Assembly: GCA_965263185.1 (NCBI GenBank)
Contig: OZ253588.1
Span: forward strand, 448,895 to 512,894
DNA from: Dehalococcoidia bacterium
Lineage (GTDB): Bacteria; Chloroflexota; Dehalococcoidia; Lucifugimonadales; UBA2985
DNA: 64,000 nucleotides
Reading direction: 5' to 3'
Part shown: positions 27,998 to 37,013 of the stretch, one piece after another
How the letters are laid out: the number at the start of each line of letters is the position of its first letter
Position numbering within the stretch: the first letter of the stretch is position 1
Notes under the pieces: generated by a model
Database searches by the model: none
What the model saw: the letters and a program-made list of their open reading frames with translations, nothing else
What the model was told of the DNA's origin: nothing
Position numbers and translations under genes: made by a program

Positions 27998-28996
27998 ATG
28001 GACAGAATAGCCATCGTCGGCATGGGACTTATAGGGAGCTCCCTGGGAATGGCCTTGAAGAAGGCCGATGTGGGGATGGAGATAGTTGGCACCGACAGGG
28101 ACAGGTCAGTCGCGGCGCGAGCGCAGAGGGCGGGGGCATCGGACCGCACGGAGAACAACCCCCTCGCAGCCATCCGCGGCGCCAAGATTGTGATACTTGC
28201 CACCCCGATCGGCGGCATACACGATCTGCTGCAGCTCTTTGGCCCTGAGTTGGAAGCCGGGACCATTGTGACGGACACGGGAAGCACCAAGGTCGAAGTG
28301 CTCAGATGGGCCGAGGAGTACCTACCAAGCGCCGTCGACTTTGTGGGCGGTCATCCCATGGCCGGAAAGGAGCTGTCCGGACCGGAAGCCGCCGAAGCGG
28401 ACCTTTTTCAGGACGCCACCTACTGCATCATCCCCGGCAATGGCGCAGACCAGGTAGCCGTCCGCGTAGTGACCCAGATGGCCGAGGTCGTGGGGGCCAA
28501 ACCCTACTTCATAGACGCTGCCGAGCACGACAGCTACGTGGCTGCCGTGAGCCACTTGCCCCTGGTCCTCTCAACGGTCCTGGTGAGGCTCAACTCCGGC
28601 AACCCAGCATGGCCGGAGGTAGCCAAGCTCGCATCCGGCGGGTTCAGGGACGTCAGCCGCCTGGCCGCCGGAAGCCCGGAGATGAGCAGAGACATATGCC
28701 TGACCAACCAGGAATCGATCAGCCGCTGGATAGACCGGTTCATAGAGGAGTTGAACGCCTTCCGGGACCTTGTCCAGGAAGGCGACCAGCGAACTGTGGG
28801 ACGCGCCTTCGATAACGCCTGGGAGGCGCGAGACAGGTGGATGCAGAACAAGATAACCGCCCGGTCGGCGATCCCACCCGTGGACCTGCCCACCACCGCA
28901 GAGACTATGGGCGGGTTGCTCATGGGCGACAGGGCTGCCGGACGCCTCCGGCAGATGCTAGAATGGCAAAGGGACGACAAGAAGAACAATAGCTGA
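27998..28996 (+). CDS. tyrA: Prephenate dehydrogenase
   Basis: IAIVGMGLIGSSLGMALK Rossmann N-terminus, GGHPMAGKE, SHLPLVLS. Adjacent to aroA. Confidence 0.88.
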   Translation: MDRIAIVGMGLIGSSLGMALKKADVGMEIVGTDRDRSVAARAQRAGASDRTENNPLAAIRGAKIVILATPIGGIHDLLQLFGPELEAGTIVTDTGSTKVEVLRWAEEYLPSAVDFVGGHPMAGKELSGPEAAEADLFQDATYCIIPGNGADQVAVRVVTQMAEVVGAKPYFIDAAEHDSYVAAVSHLPLVLSTVLVRLNSGNPAWPEVAKLASGGFRDVSRLAAGSPEMSRDICLTNQESISRWIDRFIEELNAFRDLVQEGDQRTVGRAFDNAWEARDRWMQNKITARSAIPPVDLPTTAETMGGLLMGDRAAGRLRQMLEWQRDDKKNNS

Positions 28997-29004
28997 GGTA
29001 ACCC

Positions 29005-30315
29005 ATGAACAGATCCGTTCTTCCCGCAAAAGAGCTAACCGGAACGCTGGTCCCTCCGGCGGATAAGTCCGTCTCTCACAGGGCGGCCATTCTCAACAGC
29101 CTGGCGGCCGGAGAGGTGGTGATCGACAACTTCTCAGAGGGCGCCGACTGCGCCTCTACCCTCCGGTGCCTCCGCCTTCTGGGTGTGTCCGCAGAGAAGA
29201 TGGCCCCTGGGGACGGCTCGTCGGAAGCGCCCAAGCTGAGGCTCGCGTCCCCCGGGCTGGAGAATTTCCACGAGCCGGAAGACATCCTGAACGCCGAAAA
29301 CAGCGGGACAACCATGCGATTCATCATGGGGCTGCTGGGGAACACGCCCTTTGTATCGGTTGTCACGGGCGACCACTCACTGCGCGCCAGGCCAATGGGG
29401 CGAGTGGTGCAACCCCTTCGCCTGATGGGAGCCCAGGTCATGGGGCGCGGCGGCGACTCCCGGGCTCCCCTGGTCATCAGGGGAGGAGAGTTGAGTGGTA
29501 TCGAGTACACGATGCCGGTAGCCAGCGCCCAGCTGAAGTCCGCCCTTGTGATGGCGGCGCTCTTTGCAAAAGGCGAGACCGTGCTGCTTCAGCCCGCGCT
29601 GTCCAGAGACCACACCGAGAGAATGCTGCGGGCTATGGGAGCGGACATTGTGGAGGACGGGCTGGCGCTTGTGGTCAGACCTGGGCCTCAGCTGAGACCC
29701 CTGGACGTAACCGTGTCCGGAGACATAAGCTCGGCAGCCTTCTGGATGGTCGCGGCGGCCGCCCACCCCAACGCTCGGATCAGGCTGGTCAACGTAGGCG
29801 TAAACCCCACGCGCGCCGGAGTGCTGGACGTGCTCAGGGACATGGGCGCGCGGATAAGCGTCGAGAACCCGCGGACGGAAGGAGGGGAGCCGGTGGCCGA
29901 CCTCCTCATAGAATCCAGCGAGCTAAACGGCGTGGAGATAGCCGGAGACATGATCCCGATAGTACAGGATGAGATACCGGCGCTGGCCCTGGCGGCCTCT
30001 CTTGCCAGGGGCGTCACCACCATACGTGACGCCCAGGAGCTGCGCTACAAGGAGTCGGACCGGTTGCACGCCACTGCCACCGAGCTATCCCGGCTGGGAG
30101 CCAGGATAGAGGAGCTCCCTGACGGCCTCGTCATAGAGGGCACAGGCTCGCTGAAAGGCGGGACTTGCAGCAGCTACGGAGACCATCGACTGGCCATGAC
30201 GCTGGGAGTAGCGGGGCTCCTGGCAGATGAAGAGGTGGTCATCACCGAGTCCGAGGTGGTGGATGTCTCCTACCCGAATTTCTGGGAAGACCTGGCCTCG
30301 CTGAGGCCGGAGTGA
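29005..30315 (+). CDS. aroA: 3-phosphoshikimate 1-carboxyvinyltransferase (EPSP synthase)
   Basis: PADKSVSHRAAILNSLAAGE...NSGTTMRF...RPMGRVVQPLRLMGA...ELRYKESDRL...YGDHRLAM. Confidence 0.95.
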   Translation: MNRSVLPAKELTGTLVPPADKSVSHRAAILNSLAAGEVVIDNFSEGADCASTLRCLRLLGVSAEKMAPGDGSSEAPKLRLASPGLENFHEPEDILNAENSGTTMRFIMGLLGNTPFVSVVTGDHSLRARPMGRVVQPLRLMGAQVMGRGGDSRAPLVIRGGELSGIEYTMPVASAQLKSALVMAALFAKGETVLLQPALSRDHTERMLRAMGADIVEDGLALVVRPGPQLRPLDVTVSGDISSAAFWMVAAAAHPNARIRLVNVGVNPTRAGVLDVLRDMGARISVENPRTEGGEPVADLLIESSELNGVEIAGDMIPIVQDEIPALALAASLARGVTTIRDAQELRYKESDRLHATATELSRLGARIEELPDGLVIEGTGSLKGGTCSSYGDHRLAMTLGVAGLLADEEVVITESEVVDVSYPNFWEDLASLRPE

Positions 30316-30327
30316 ACGGGGGAAACC

Positions 30328-30951
30328 GTGCGTCCCACAGAGAGACCCGTTAACGACCACGCCGGAGGAGGGCCGCTGCTGGTGGTCCTGTCCGGTCCTT
30401 CAGGAGTGGGAAAGGACTCGGTGCTGCGAGAGCTGAAGGTCCAGGATCACAAATGGCGCTTCACGGTAACAGTAACCACACGCTCCCAGCGGCCCGGTGA
30501 AGAGGACGGCGTGGACTACTTCTTCCTGGACAGAGACACCTTTCACCAGAAGGTGGAGGGTGGGGACTTCCTGGAATGCGCCCAGGTCTACGGCAACTGG
30601 TACGGAGTGCCCAGAGACCAGGTATCGGACGCCCTGGGGAACGGTATGGACGTGATCATCAAGGCGGACGTCCAGGGCGCCGCCACCATCAAGGCCGCCG
30701 TCCCGGACGCCATACTCATATTCCTGATGCCCCCATCCACAGATGAGCTGGAGCGCAGGCTGCGAGAGCGAAAGACGGAGACCACCCCTGATCTGGAGCT
30801 GCGCATACGCACCGCTATGGATGAGCTGTATCAGCTGACCCTCTTCGATTACGTGGTTGTCAACGATGCCCTGGAGTCTGCGGTAAGCCATATAAGCGCC
30901 ATAGTCACGGCGGAGAAGTGCCGCATACCATCCCGGCGCGTGTCCCTGTAG
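30328..30951 (+). CDS. gmk: Guanylate kinase
   Basis: LLVVLSGPSGVGKDSV P-loop, TTRSQRPGEEDGVDYFFL, YGVPR. GTG start. Confidence 0.92.
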   Translation: MRPTERPVNDHAGGGPLLVVLSGPSGVGKDSVLRELKVQDHKWRFTVTVTTRSQRPGEEDGVDYFFLDRDTFHQKVEGGDFLECAQVYGNWYGVPRDQVSDALGNGMDVIIKADVQGAATIKAAVPDAILIFLMPPSTDELERRLRERKTETTPDLELRIRTAMDELYQLTLFDYVVVNDALESAVSHISAIVTAEKCRIPSRRVSL

Positions 30952-31000
30952 GCCGTCTCCGCGCCGCGCGGCCCCAAAGTCCTCTCCCAGTCTGATGGAA

Positions 31001-31205
31001 GACCCTTGCGCAACTCTGAGTGTCATCCTGTGAAGAGAATATCCAACTGTCATTCCGAACAGAGCGCAGCGGAGTGAGGAATCTAAAGGCTCTCATCCCC
31101 CACTATGGTCCTTGTGGCTGGAATGTTCCCATGACTATGGCGCAATCTCTTAGATTCCTCGCTGCGCTCGGAATGACGCGTTGTGACGCCGGTAATGCAA
31201 GGTTG
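31001..31205 (-). mobile_element. MITE-like element, copy 2 (inverted relative to copy 1, outer ends shorter)
   Basis: gacccttgcgcaactctgagtgtcatcctgtgaagag...gtcattccgaacagagcgcagcggagtgaggaatctaaaggctctcatcc...tagattcctcgctgcgctcggaatgac matches the reverse complement of 3007-3220. The pseudo-ORFs share MRAFRFLTPL.SVRNDSW..SSQDD. Confidence 0.8.
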
Positions 31206-31224
31206 CCGTTCGCGGGCATGATGG

Positions 31225-31310
31225 CATTGGGCCGGCCACGGGTCCGCTCGTCCCCGCATCAAGTACGGGGCAGGCTCTGAGCTTGTCGAAGGGCATGAGC
31301 GGGATGAGAG
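31225..31310. repeat. REP-like unit
   Basis: cgcatcaagtacggggcaggctctgagcttgtcgaagggcatgagcggg. Confidence 0.7.
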
Positions 31311-31436
31311 AGACACTCCAACCCACGTTGGCATTACCAGCGCTTGTGGAGAATACCGTGGCGTCCGGGCGTTTGATTTCAACGCCAAATGGCAATAGAA
31401 TGGTAAGGCTTGGCTAGAACGTATTGGGGACGGGCA

Positions 31437-31877
31437 ATGGCAGCAGAGAGCAAAGTAGAGTATCCGGTCTCCGCAGGCGGAGTTGTATACAGGCTGGGAG
31501 GAGAAGGCGTGGCCGTAGTCATCTGCGGGCTGCGCTCCCAGGATGGCTGGACGTGGGGGCTGCCCAAAGGGACGCCCGAACTTAGGGAGACCCTGGAGGA
31601 GACTGCCATACGAGAGGTGACGGAGGAAACGGGTCTGAAGGTAAGCCTGGAAGCGCCAATCGACTCCATTCGATACTGGTTCGTGCGTCCGGACGACGGG
31701 GTGAGGTGCCACAAGACGGTGCACTTCTACCTAATGAGCGCCGTGGGAGGCTCACTCGACGACCACGATCACGAGTTCGACGAGGTTCGCTGGTCCAGCG
31801 GCGAGGAGTCCCTCCGCGCCCTGACCTACGCGAACGAGATCAACATACTGGAAAAAGCCATTGCAATGGTTTCGTAG
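31437..31877 (+). CDS. NUDIX hydrolase
   Basis: Nudix box GLPKGTPELRETLEETAIREVTEETG. ATG at 31437 preferred over TTG at 31410. Confidence 0.88.
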   Translation: MAAESKVEYPVSAGGVVYRLGGEGVAVVICGLRSQDGWTWGLPKGTPELRETLEETAIREVTEETGLKVSLEAPIDSIRYWFVRPDDGVRCHKTVHFYLMSAVGGSLDDHDHEFDEVRWSSGEESLRALTYANEINILEKAIAMVS

Positions 31878-31914
31878 ATGGCAAAGAAAGCAGGAACCTG
31901 TGATTAGAGGAGAG

Positions 31915-32457
31915 ATGACCATCCTCAGAGAGAAGCGCTTGGAGGATGCGGAGTTGGACTACGCATGGCGCATCGACGAGGAGCTTGCAGCCCTGGACGC
32001 CACAACGCCCCTGAGAATGTCCTACTCCAGCTACGTCCGCCTGATAGAAGACGAGCTCCGCCACCCGGTTCCCTGGTCCAAACGCTTTGCGATAGAGACC
32101 CACGACGGCAAGCTGATAGGCAGCTGCATGTACTACGACGTAGACACCGTCAGGGGCCAGACGGAGCTCGGCATAATGATAGGCGATAGAGACTACTGGA
32201 GCCGGGGCTACGGCACAGACGTAGTCAGCGCCCTGGTAAGCCACATCTTCTCCTCCACCTCCTTGAACCGGATCTACCTCCACACCCTGACCTGGAACAT
32301 CAGGGCCCAGAAGTCCTTTGGGAAATGCGGCTTCGTCCCCCTGAGGGAGGTTAAGAGGAGCGGCTACGAATTCCTCCTCATGGAGATCATGCGGGACAAG
32401 TGGGAGAGCCTGAGAAGCGAAACCCCACCCCAACCGGAGGCCGAGCCCGGCCCATAG
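31915..32457 (+). CDS. GNAT family N-acetyltransferase (RimJ/RimL-like)
   Basis: IGDRDYWSRGYGTDVVSALVSHIF...RIYLHTLTWNIRAQKSFGKCGF. AGAGGAG lies just upstream of the ATG at 31915; the ORF is open to 31861. Confidence 0.85.
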   Translation: MTILREKRLEDAELDYAWRIDEELAALDATTPLRMSYSSYVRLIEDELRHPVPWSKRFAIETHDGKLIGSCMYYDVDTVRGQTELGIMIGDRDYWSRGYGTDVVSALVSHIFSSTSLNRIYLHTLTWNIRAQKSFGKCGFVPLREVKRSGYEFLLMEIMRDKWESLRSETPPQPEAEPGP

Positions 32458-32536
32458 AGCCGGCCGGCGACCACCCGGGGCAGTCCCGACCACTGATTGT
32501 TTCCTCTGAAATCCCTCCGCCGACGTTGCAATAGCA

Positions 32537-33019
32537 ATGCCACAAGACCCCAACAGCGGCATACCGCGCTACGGTAGGATCATATTCCCGGACAGAATCA
32601 AGAGCGCAATGTACCAGGCGCAACGGGAGAGGTGCAATTACTGCGGCGGGACGCATCGGATCGGCTACCTGGAAATAGACCACAAGCAGCCAGTGAGCCG
32701 TGGCGGCGACAACGGAATGGAGAACCTGCAACTTCTCTGTGTTCCCTGCAACATGCGGAAGGGGATACAGAACGATGAGGAGTTCCGAAGACGATACCGG
32801 CGGATCATGGCTCCGAGGGGAAGCATACCTAATCCTCCCATACCCCAGGAGGATTTTAGTGACGAAACTAAGCAGACCAGGGCGTCGCGTGAAGTGCGCT
32901 CAATCTTCCATAAAAGATTCTCCGCGAACCGGGAAAGCCGGAGGAATGGCTGCGGCGTTTTCGCAGCCCTGGTGGCTCTTATTGTAATCGCCATCGCATT
33001 CAAGTTGCTTGCCGGCTGA
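32537..33019 (+). CDS. HNH endonuclease-domain protein with C-terminal TM anchor
   Basis: CNYCGG...LEIDHKQPVSRGGDNGMENLQLLCVPCNMRKG (HNH with two Cys pairs). C-terminal GVFAALVALIVIAIAFKLLAG. Confidence 0.8.
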   Translation: MPQDPNSGIPRYGRIIFPDRIKSAMYQAQRERCNYCGGTHRIGYLEIDHKQPVSRGGDNGMENLQLLCVPCNMRKGIQNDEEFRRRYRRIMAPRGSIPNPPIPQEDFSDETKQTRASREVRSIFHKRFSANRESRRNGCGVFAALVALIVIAIAFKLLAG

Positions 33020-33146
33020 GACTGGCCTGTCGGGCGCGACTCACACACCGAGCCATGTATTGCGTCAAGCGGGAGTAAACACTAAAATAGACAGGCAAGC
33101 CTATGTTGAGTCCCAGTTGGGATCGGGGAGAAGGGTGCGGATACAG

Positions 33147-33222
33147 GCCCCTGTAGCTCAGGAGGACAGAGCATCGGTTTCCTAAACCGAGTGCCCCGGT
33201 TCGAGTCCGGGCAGGGGTACCA
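33147..33222 (+). tRNA. tRNA-Arg (anticodon CCT), CCA encoded
   Basis: Cloverleaf read by eye: acceptor GCCCCTG/CAGGGGT (G1-U72 wobble), D arm GCTC..GAGC, anticodon arm TCGGT-TTCCTAA-ACCGA, T arm CCCGG-TTCGAGT-CCGGG, then ACCA. Confidence 0.9.
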
Positions 33223-33520
33223 GCATTCCCAATATTTCGCGCTTCGGTAGTATCAGCTATCCCGTTTTCAAGCGCGACTGGCGCCGTATACTCAATCCTG
33301 ACCAGCCCCCGGTCTCTATATCACCTGCTATGTTAGTCCTGCAAGCCAGCGCCCGGGCATTTCGGTCGCGTACTCGCTTAGAAACCTTGAGCAAATTGGC
33401 AGCACGCAAAAGCGGGCTGCTTGACCTTCTGTCGGAGTCGGGCGCCGACCCAGGCGCGTCGAGACTACGGCCAGTTACGGCTGAGGCCCCACATAGGCGG
33501 ATCTGCCCGCGCGCCTCGGG

Positions 33521-34807
33521 CTAGTAGAGCTGTCCCGTGGGAACGGAGAACGCGAATCCAGGCTCGCCAATCATTCCTGCAGCGACGGTGGCGTTGGTTC
33601 CTTCGTCGATGAGGATGAAACTGCCGGTGACGCGGTTGCTGGTGTAGTCGTCGACCGCCAGCGGTGCGCTGACCTTGAGCTTGACGTGGCCGATCTCGTT
33701 TAGCCACAGCATATCAGAGTCCGTTTCGCCGGTGAGCGACGTGATGCTGAACAACGATACGAGGTCGGTTATCACTGCCTTAGCCGACCGCGTCGTGTGC
33801 TTGATACGGTACACATTACCAGGACGAAGCGCTGTGCGCTCATCCATCCAGCAAACGACTGCATCGAGCTCCTGGACCATTGCCGGTCCGTCGTCCGCTC
33901 CACAGATCATCTCCCCGCGAGTAACGTCAAGGTCGTCGGCTATCTGGACGGTTACGGCGTCGGGAGCGCGCGCCTCTTCCACGGCGCCCCAAGGCGCTTC
34001 GATGGTCGTGATGACGCTCTCCACGCCGGAGGGCACGATGCGCACTCGCTGGCCCACGCGCAGGACACCCGACGCGACGCTCCCCGCATAGCCCCGGTAG
34101 TCGTGATACTCCTCGCGGTGGGGGCGGACGACGTATTGAACAGGCATTCTCAACGGCAGCGAATCGAGTCCTTCGCGCACAGGCAGGCTTTCGAGGTGGG
34201 CCAGCAGTGGGTCACCCTGGTACCAAGGCATGTTCGCCGACGGCTCGACCACGTTGTCGCCGTTGAGCGCCGACATGGGGATGAAAGTCGCATCGTCCAC
34301 ATCGAGCCGCTCCATCAGCGGAGTGAATTTGGCGCGGACTGCTTCGTAGGTCCGCTCCTCATAGCCAACGAGATCCATCTTGTTGACGCAAACTACGATG
34401 CGATCGATGCCTAGCAACGAGGCGATAACGGCGTGGCGGCGTGATTGCTCCACCACCCCATTGCGCGCATCGATCATGATGAGCACCGCCTCTGCGGTGG
34501 ACGCCCCGGTGACCATGTTGCGCGTGTACTGCACATGCCCTGGCGTGTCTGCCAGAATGAATTTGCGCGTTGGAGTGGAGAAGTAGCGGTAGGCAACGTC
34601 GATGGTCACGCCCTGCTCCCGTTCCGCGCGGAGGCCGTCGGTGACGAGAGCGAGGTTCACGTAGTCGCCGTGGTGGCGCCGGCTGGCATCCTCGACGGCG
34701 GCGAGTACGTCGTCGTCGAGCGCCTTCGAGTCATACAGCAGACGACCGATGAGCGTGCTCTTGCCGTCGTCCACGGATCCGGCGGTGGCGATGCGGAGAA
34801 GGTCCAT
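33521..34807 (-). CDS. cysN: Sulfate adenylyltransferase subunit 1 (CysN, GTPase; no APS-kinase domain)
   Basis: MDLLRIATAGSVDDGKSTLIGRLL G1 motif, DTPGH, NKMD. Start at the ATG at 34807, which follows the cysD stop by one nt (TAGCATG); the ORF is open to 34882. Confidence 0.92.
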   Translation of the reverse strand: MDLLRIATAGSVDDGKSTLIGRLLYDSKALDDDVLAAVEDASRRHHGDYVNLALVTDGLRAEREQGVTIDVAYRYFSTPTRKFILADTPGHVQYTRNMVTGASTAEAVLIMIDARNGVVEQSRRHAVIASLLGIDRIVVCVNKMDLVGYEERTYEAVRAKFTPLMERLDVDDATFIPMSALNGDNVVEPSANMPWYQGDPLLAHLESLPVREGLDSLPLRMPVQYVVRPHREEYHDYRGYAGSVASGVLRVGQRVRIVPSGVESVITTIEAPWGAVEEARAPDAVTVQIADDLDVTRGEMICGADDGPAMVQELDAVVCWMDERTALRPGNVYRIKHTTRSAKAVITDLVSLFSITSLTGETDSDMLWLNEIGHVKLKVSAPLAVDDYTSNRVTGSFILIDEGTNATVAAGMIGEPGFAFSVPTGQLY

Positions 34808-34808
34808 G

Positions 34809-35798
34809 CTAGAAGTATCCCTCGCGCTTGCGGTCTTCCATCGCCGCCTCGGCAGTCCGGTCGTCAGCCCGCGTCGCGCCACGCTCGGAGATGCGCGCCG
34901 TCAGCGTCTCGGTGATGACTGCTTCGGGCGTGGCAGCCTCCGACGGTACAGCTGCTGTGGAGGTCATGTCACCGACGGTGCGGAAACGCACACTGCGGAC
35001 GACCACCGGCTCGCCACGTTGAGGCTGCATAACCGGCGATAGCGCCATGAGCATCCCGTCCTGCTCAAATACCTCGCGCTCGTGACCGTAGTAGATTTCC
35101 GGCAGGTCTATGTTCTCCTCGGCTATGTAGCGCCAGATGTCCAGCTCGGTCCAGTTGGAAAGCGGGAAGACGCGCATGTGCTGGCCGAATCCAATGCTGC
35201 TGTTGTAGAGGCTCCAGAGCTCCGGGCGTTGATTGCGTGGATCCCACTGGCCGAATTCGTCTCGCACGGAGTACACACGCTCCTTTGCTCGTGATCGCTC
35301 CTCATCGCGTCGCGCGCCGCCGAAAACCGCGGTGAACTTTCCCCGGCGAATGGTTTCCAGCAGTACCGGTGTCTGCATGCGGTTGCGAGGGTAATTTGGA
35401 CTCGGTGGGGTGGGAATTAGCGCTAAGGCAATTGCGTCGTCAACCGAGCCCACGACTAGGTCAATTCCAAGCCGCTCCACGACGCGATCACGGAAAGCGA
35501 TGACCTCGGGAAAGTTGTGGCCAGTGTCGATGTGGACCACAGGAAACGGCAGGTGGGCGGGTCGGAGCGCCTTGACGGCGAGATGCAGAAGCACGGCCGA
35601 GTCTTTGCCACCGGAGAAGAGCAGGCCCGGTCGATCAAACTCCGCGACCACCTCCCGAATAATGTGGATTGCTTCCGACTCAAGGGCGCGGAGATGCCAA
35701 GACTCGGAGCGATCGTTCAGATCGGCAAGCTCTTGCACACCCAATCTCTTTGACTCTGTTATTGGCATCCGGAGCTCCTTCTCGGAATATTCGGGCAT
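34809..35798 (-). CDS. cysD: Sulfate adenylyltransferase subunit 2 (CysD, PAPS-reductase fold)
   Basis: LRALESEAIHIIREVVAEFDRPGLLFSGGKDSAVLLHLAVKA...PVVHIDTGHNFPE...ELWSLYN...RVFPLSNWTELDIWRYI. ATG at 35798 has GGAGGGGG 7 nt upstream. The longer 391-aa ORF is rejected. Confidence 0.9.
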   Translation of the reverse strand: MPEYSEKELRMPITESKRLGVQELADLNDRSESWHLRALESEAIHIIREVVAEFDRPGLLFSGGKDSAVLLHLAVKALRPAHLPFPVVHIDTGHNFPEVIAFRDRVVERLGIDLVVGSVDDAIALALIPTPPSPNYPRNRMQTPVLLETIRRGKFTAVFGGARRDEERSRAKERVYSVRDEFGQWDPRNQRPELWSLYNSSIGFGQHMRVFPLSNWTELDIWRYIAEENIDLPEIYYGHEREVFEQDGMLMALSPVMQPQRGEPVVVRSVRFRTVGDMTSTAAVPSEAATPEAVITETLTARISERGATRADDRTAEAAMEDRKREGYF

Positions 35799-35827
35799 AA
35801 GAAAACCCCCTCCGTGTGCGAAGGGGG
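35799..35827 (-). terminator. Attenuator terminator / SD-sequestering hairpin directly upstream of cysD
   Basis: Minus strand reads CCCCCTTC-gcacac-GGAGGGGG (8 bp including one G-U) followed by TTTTCTT, then the cysD ATG. Confidence 0.6.
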
Positions 35828-35857
35828 CCAGAGGCTTTCTCTTCTGAACTGTCGGCG

Positions 35858-35947
35858 CTAGGCGATGAGCGTTGCGCTTGTCGAAGCAGAAGGCCATCTG
35901 GCCTCCAGACAACAACAGCAACAACACAGGCACATAGCGGCACTCAT
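35858..35947 (-). CDS. Candidate regulatory leader peptide MSAAMCLCCCCCCLEARWPSASTSATLIA (7 Cys codons)
   Basis: ATG at 35947 lies 8 nt downstream of a TACCAT -10 box, so the mRNA would be leaderless or nearly so. Cys codons run TGC CTG TGT TGT TGC TGT TGT TGT; TAG stop at 35860-35858. Lies between the promoter and the terminator of cysDN. Confidence 0.55.
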   Translation of the reverse strand: MSAAMCLCCCCCCLEARWPSASTSATLIA

Positions 35948-35955
35948 CAGAAACG

Positions 35956-35984
35956 ATGGTAACAGCGCGCAGCAGGTATGTCAA
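35956..35984 (-). promoter_or_regulatory. cysDN promoter TTGACA-N17-TACCAT
   Basis: Minus strand reads TTGACAtacctgctgcgcgctgtTACCAT. Confidence 0.55.
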
Positions 35985-36154
35985 GGTATTTAGCTCTCAT
36001 GGCGGCAGCGTAACCTTGGCCGGCTCCTCGCCTATTGGAGCGTTTGCCGCCACTCGCACTCCTCATACTCCGCTGTCCACCATTATAACCGACGGGCCGT
36101 TCCTCGGGCATGGGCCAAGACTATTGCGCGTAAACCAAGCGTGGAGAATCCTGG

Positions 36155-36580
36155 CTAGACTGTTGGGGTACCCAGACCTCCAAACGAGGCTGGCCGGGCT
36201 TCTTCCTCGCCAGGCCACGGGGGTGAAGTAAAGCAGAGAAATGTCAACGCCTCTCGTCCCGCGGCGAACTGGAAGCTCCATTGGGGTGGTATTGCCAGGG
36301 CGTCTCCAGGGCCAACCTGCAACGGCTTTACTTGAACCGGGTCTTGGTTGGGCGGGCAACGCCACACTGCTCCAACTCCCTCCAATACATACCAAAGTTC
36401 CTCCACATGCTGATGCCATACGGGCCGGGAAACCTGTCGAGCCTCCAACCTCACTTCACACAAGGATGCCCTAGCGGCAGCTTCCGCAACTCCCAAGAGC
36501 AGCCTTATCTCCGAGCCGTCGGGCGCAAGAGTGTCGGGGGATTGCGCCCGGTGACCGACTGGGGGACTCGCGTTATCCAT
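36155..36580 (-). CDS. Cupin-domain protein
   Basis: VSRPVWHQHVEELWYVLEGVGAVW...VGPGDALAIPPQWSFQF (cupin motifs 1 and 2). AAGGAG lies 5 nt upstream of the ATG at 36580. The upstream extension to 36823 is not protein-like. Confidence 0.75.
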   Translation of the reverse strand: MDNASPPVGHRAQSPDTLAPDGSEIRLLLGVAEAAARASLCEVRLEARQVSRPVWHQHVEELWYVLEGVGAVWRCPPNQDPVQVKPLQVGPGDALAIPPQWSFQFAAGREALTFLCFTSPPWPGEEEARPASFGGLGTPTV

Positions 36581-36827
36581 GGTTACTCCTTGGATGTGTT
36601 TCTTGCTGACGAATCTGGAGAAGAGAGGCGGGCCAGCCTGAGCCGTGATCGTCAAGTGTCCCCTCACTTGCTTGTGGAGAGCTTCGGCCCAACGTGGCTC
36701 TGGTGGGCCTGAATGCAGGTCCAGAACAAACCTTAGCGTAAAGCAACCGTCTTGAAAGTCAAGACGCAGGTGAAATCGGGTCCCTGTTTGCAATAAGCAT
36801 AAGCGGAGCGCTTCGAGACCCAAGCGT

Positions 36828-37013
36828 TCAGGGGTCGGATGGAGGCCCCGACAGCTCTCTGACGGCCCTGTTGCGCTCTCTTTGCCGTTCGATGGTTTGA
36901 GCCTTCACCTCCTTTCTCCGTCGCAGTACCTCTTCTCGCCTCCCACTTAGCCCGTCCGAGGGAGCTACGTTCCCCAGCGCCTTGTAGTAACGCCGGTAGA
37001 TGAAGTAGCTGAC
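36828..37013 (-). pseudogene. 3' remnant of an rve (DDE integrase-core) transposase, IS3/IS481-like
   Basis: Reads VSYFIYRRYYKALGNVAPSDGLSGRREEVLRRRKEVKAQTIERQRERNRAVREL...*, resembling the ...YN..R.HEALGN.TPADVY.GRREEIL.RRKEVK... C-termini of these transposases. It is cut off upstream by an in-frame TGA, and no intact catalytic domain is present. Confidence 0.55.

Noticed and set aside
34809-35984. Long (391-aa) form of cysD, starting at 35984
   Set aside because: The first ~62 codons are not CysD-like and overlap the promoter, the leader ORF and the terminator. The ATG at 35798 has a strong SD and gives a normal-length CysD.
36581-36823. N-terminal extension of the cupin ORF
   Set aside because: The internal ATG at 36580 has AAGGAG at ideal spacing, and the cupin fold starts after it. 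The extension has no protein-like features.
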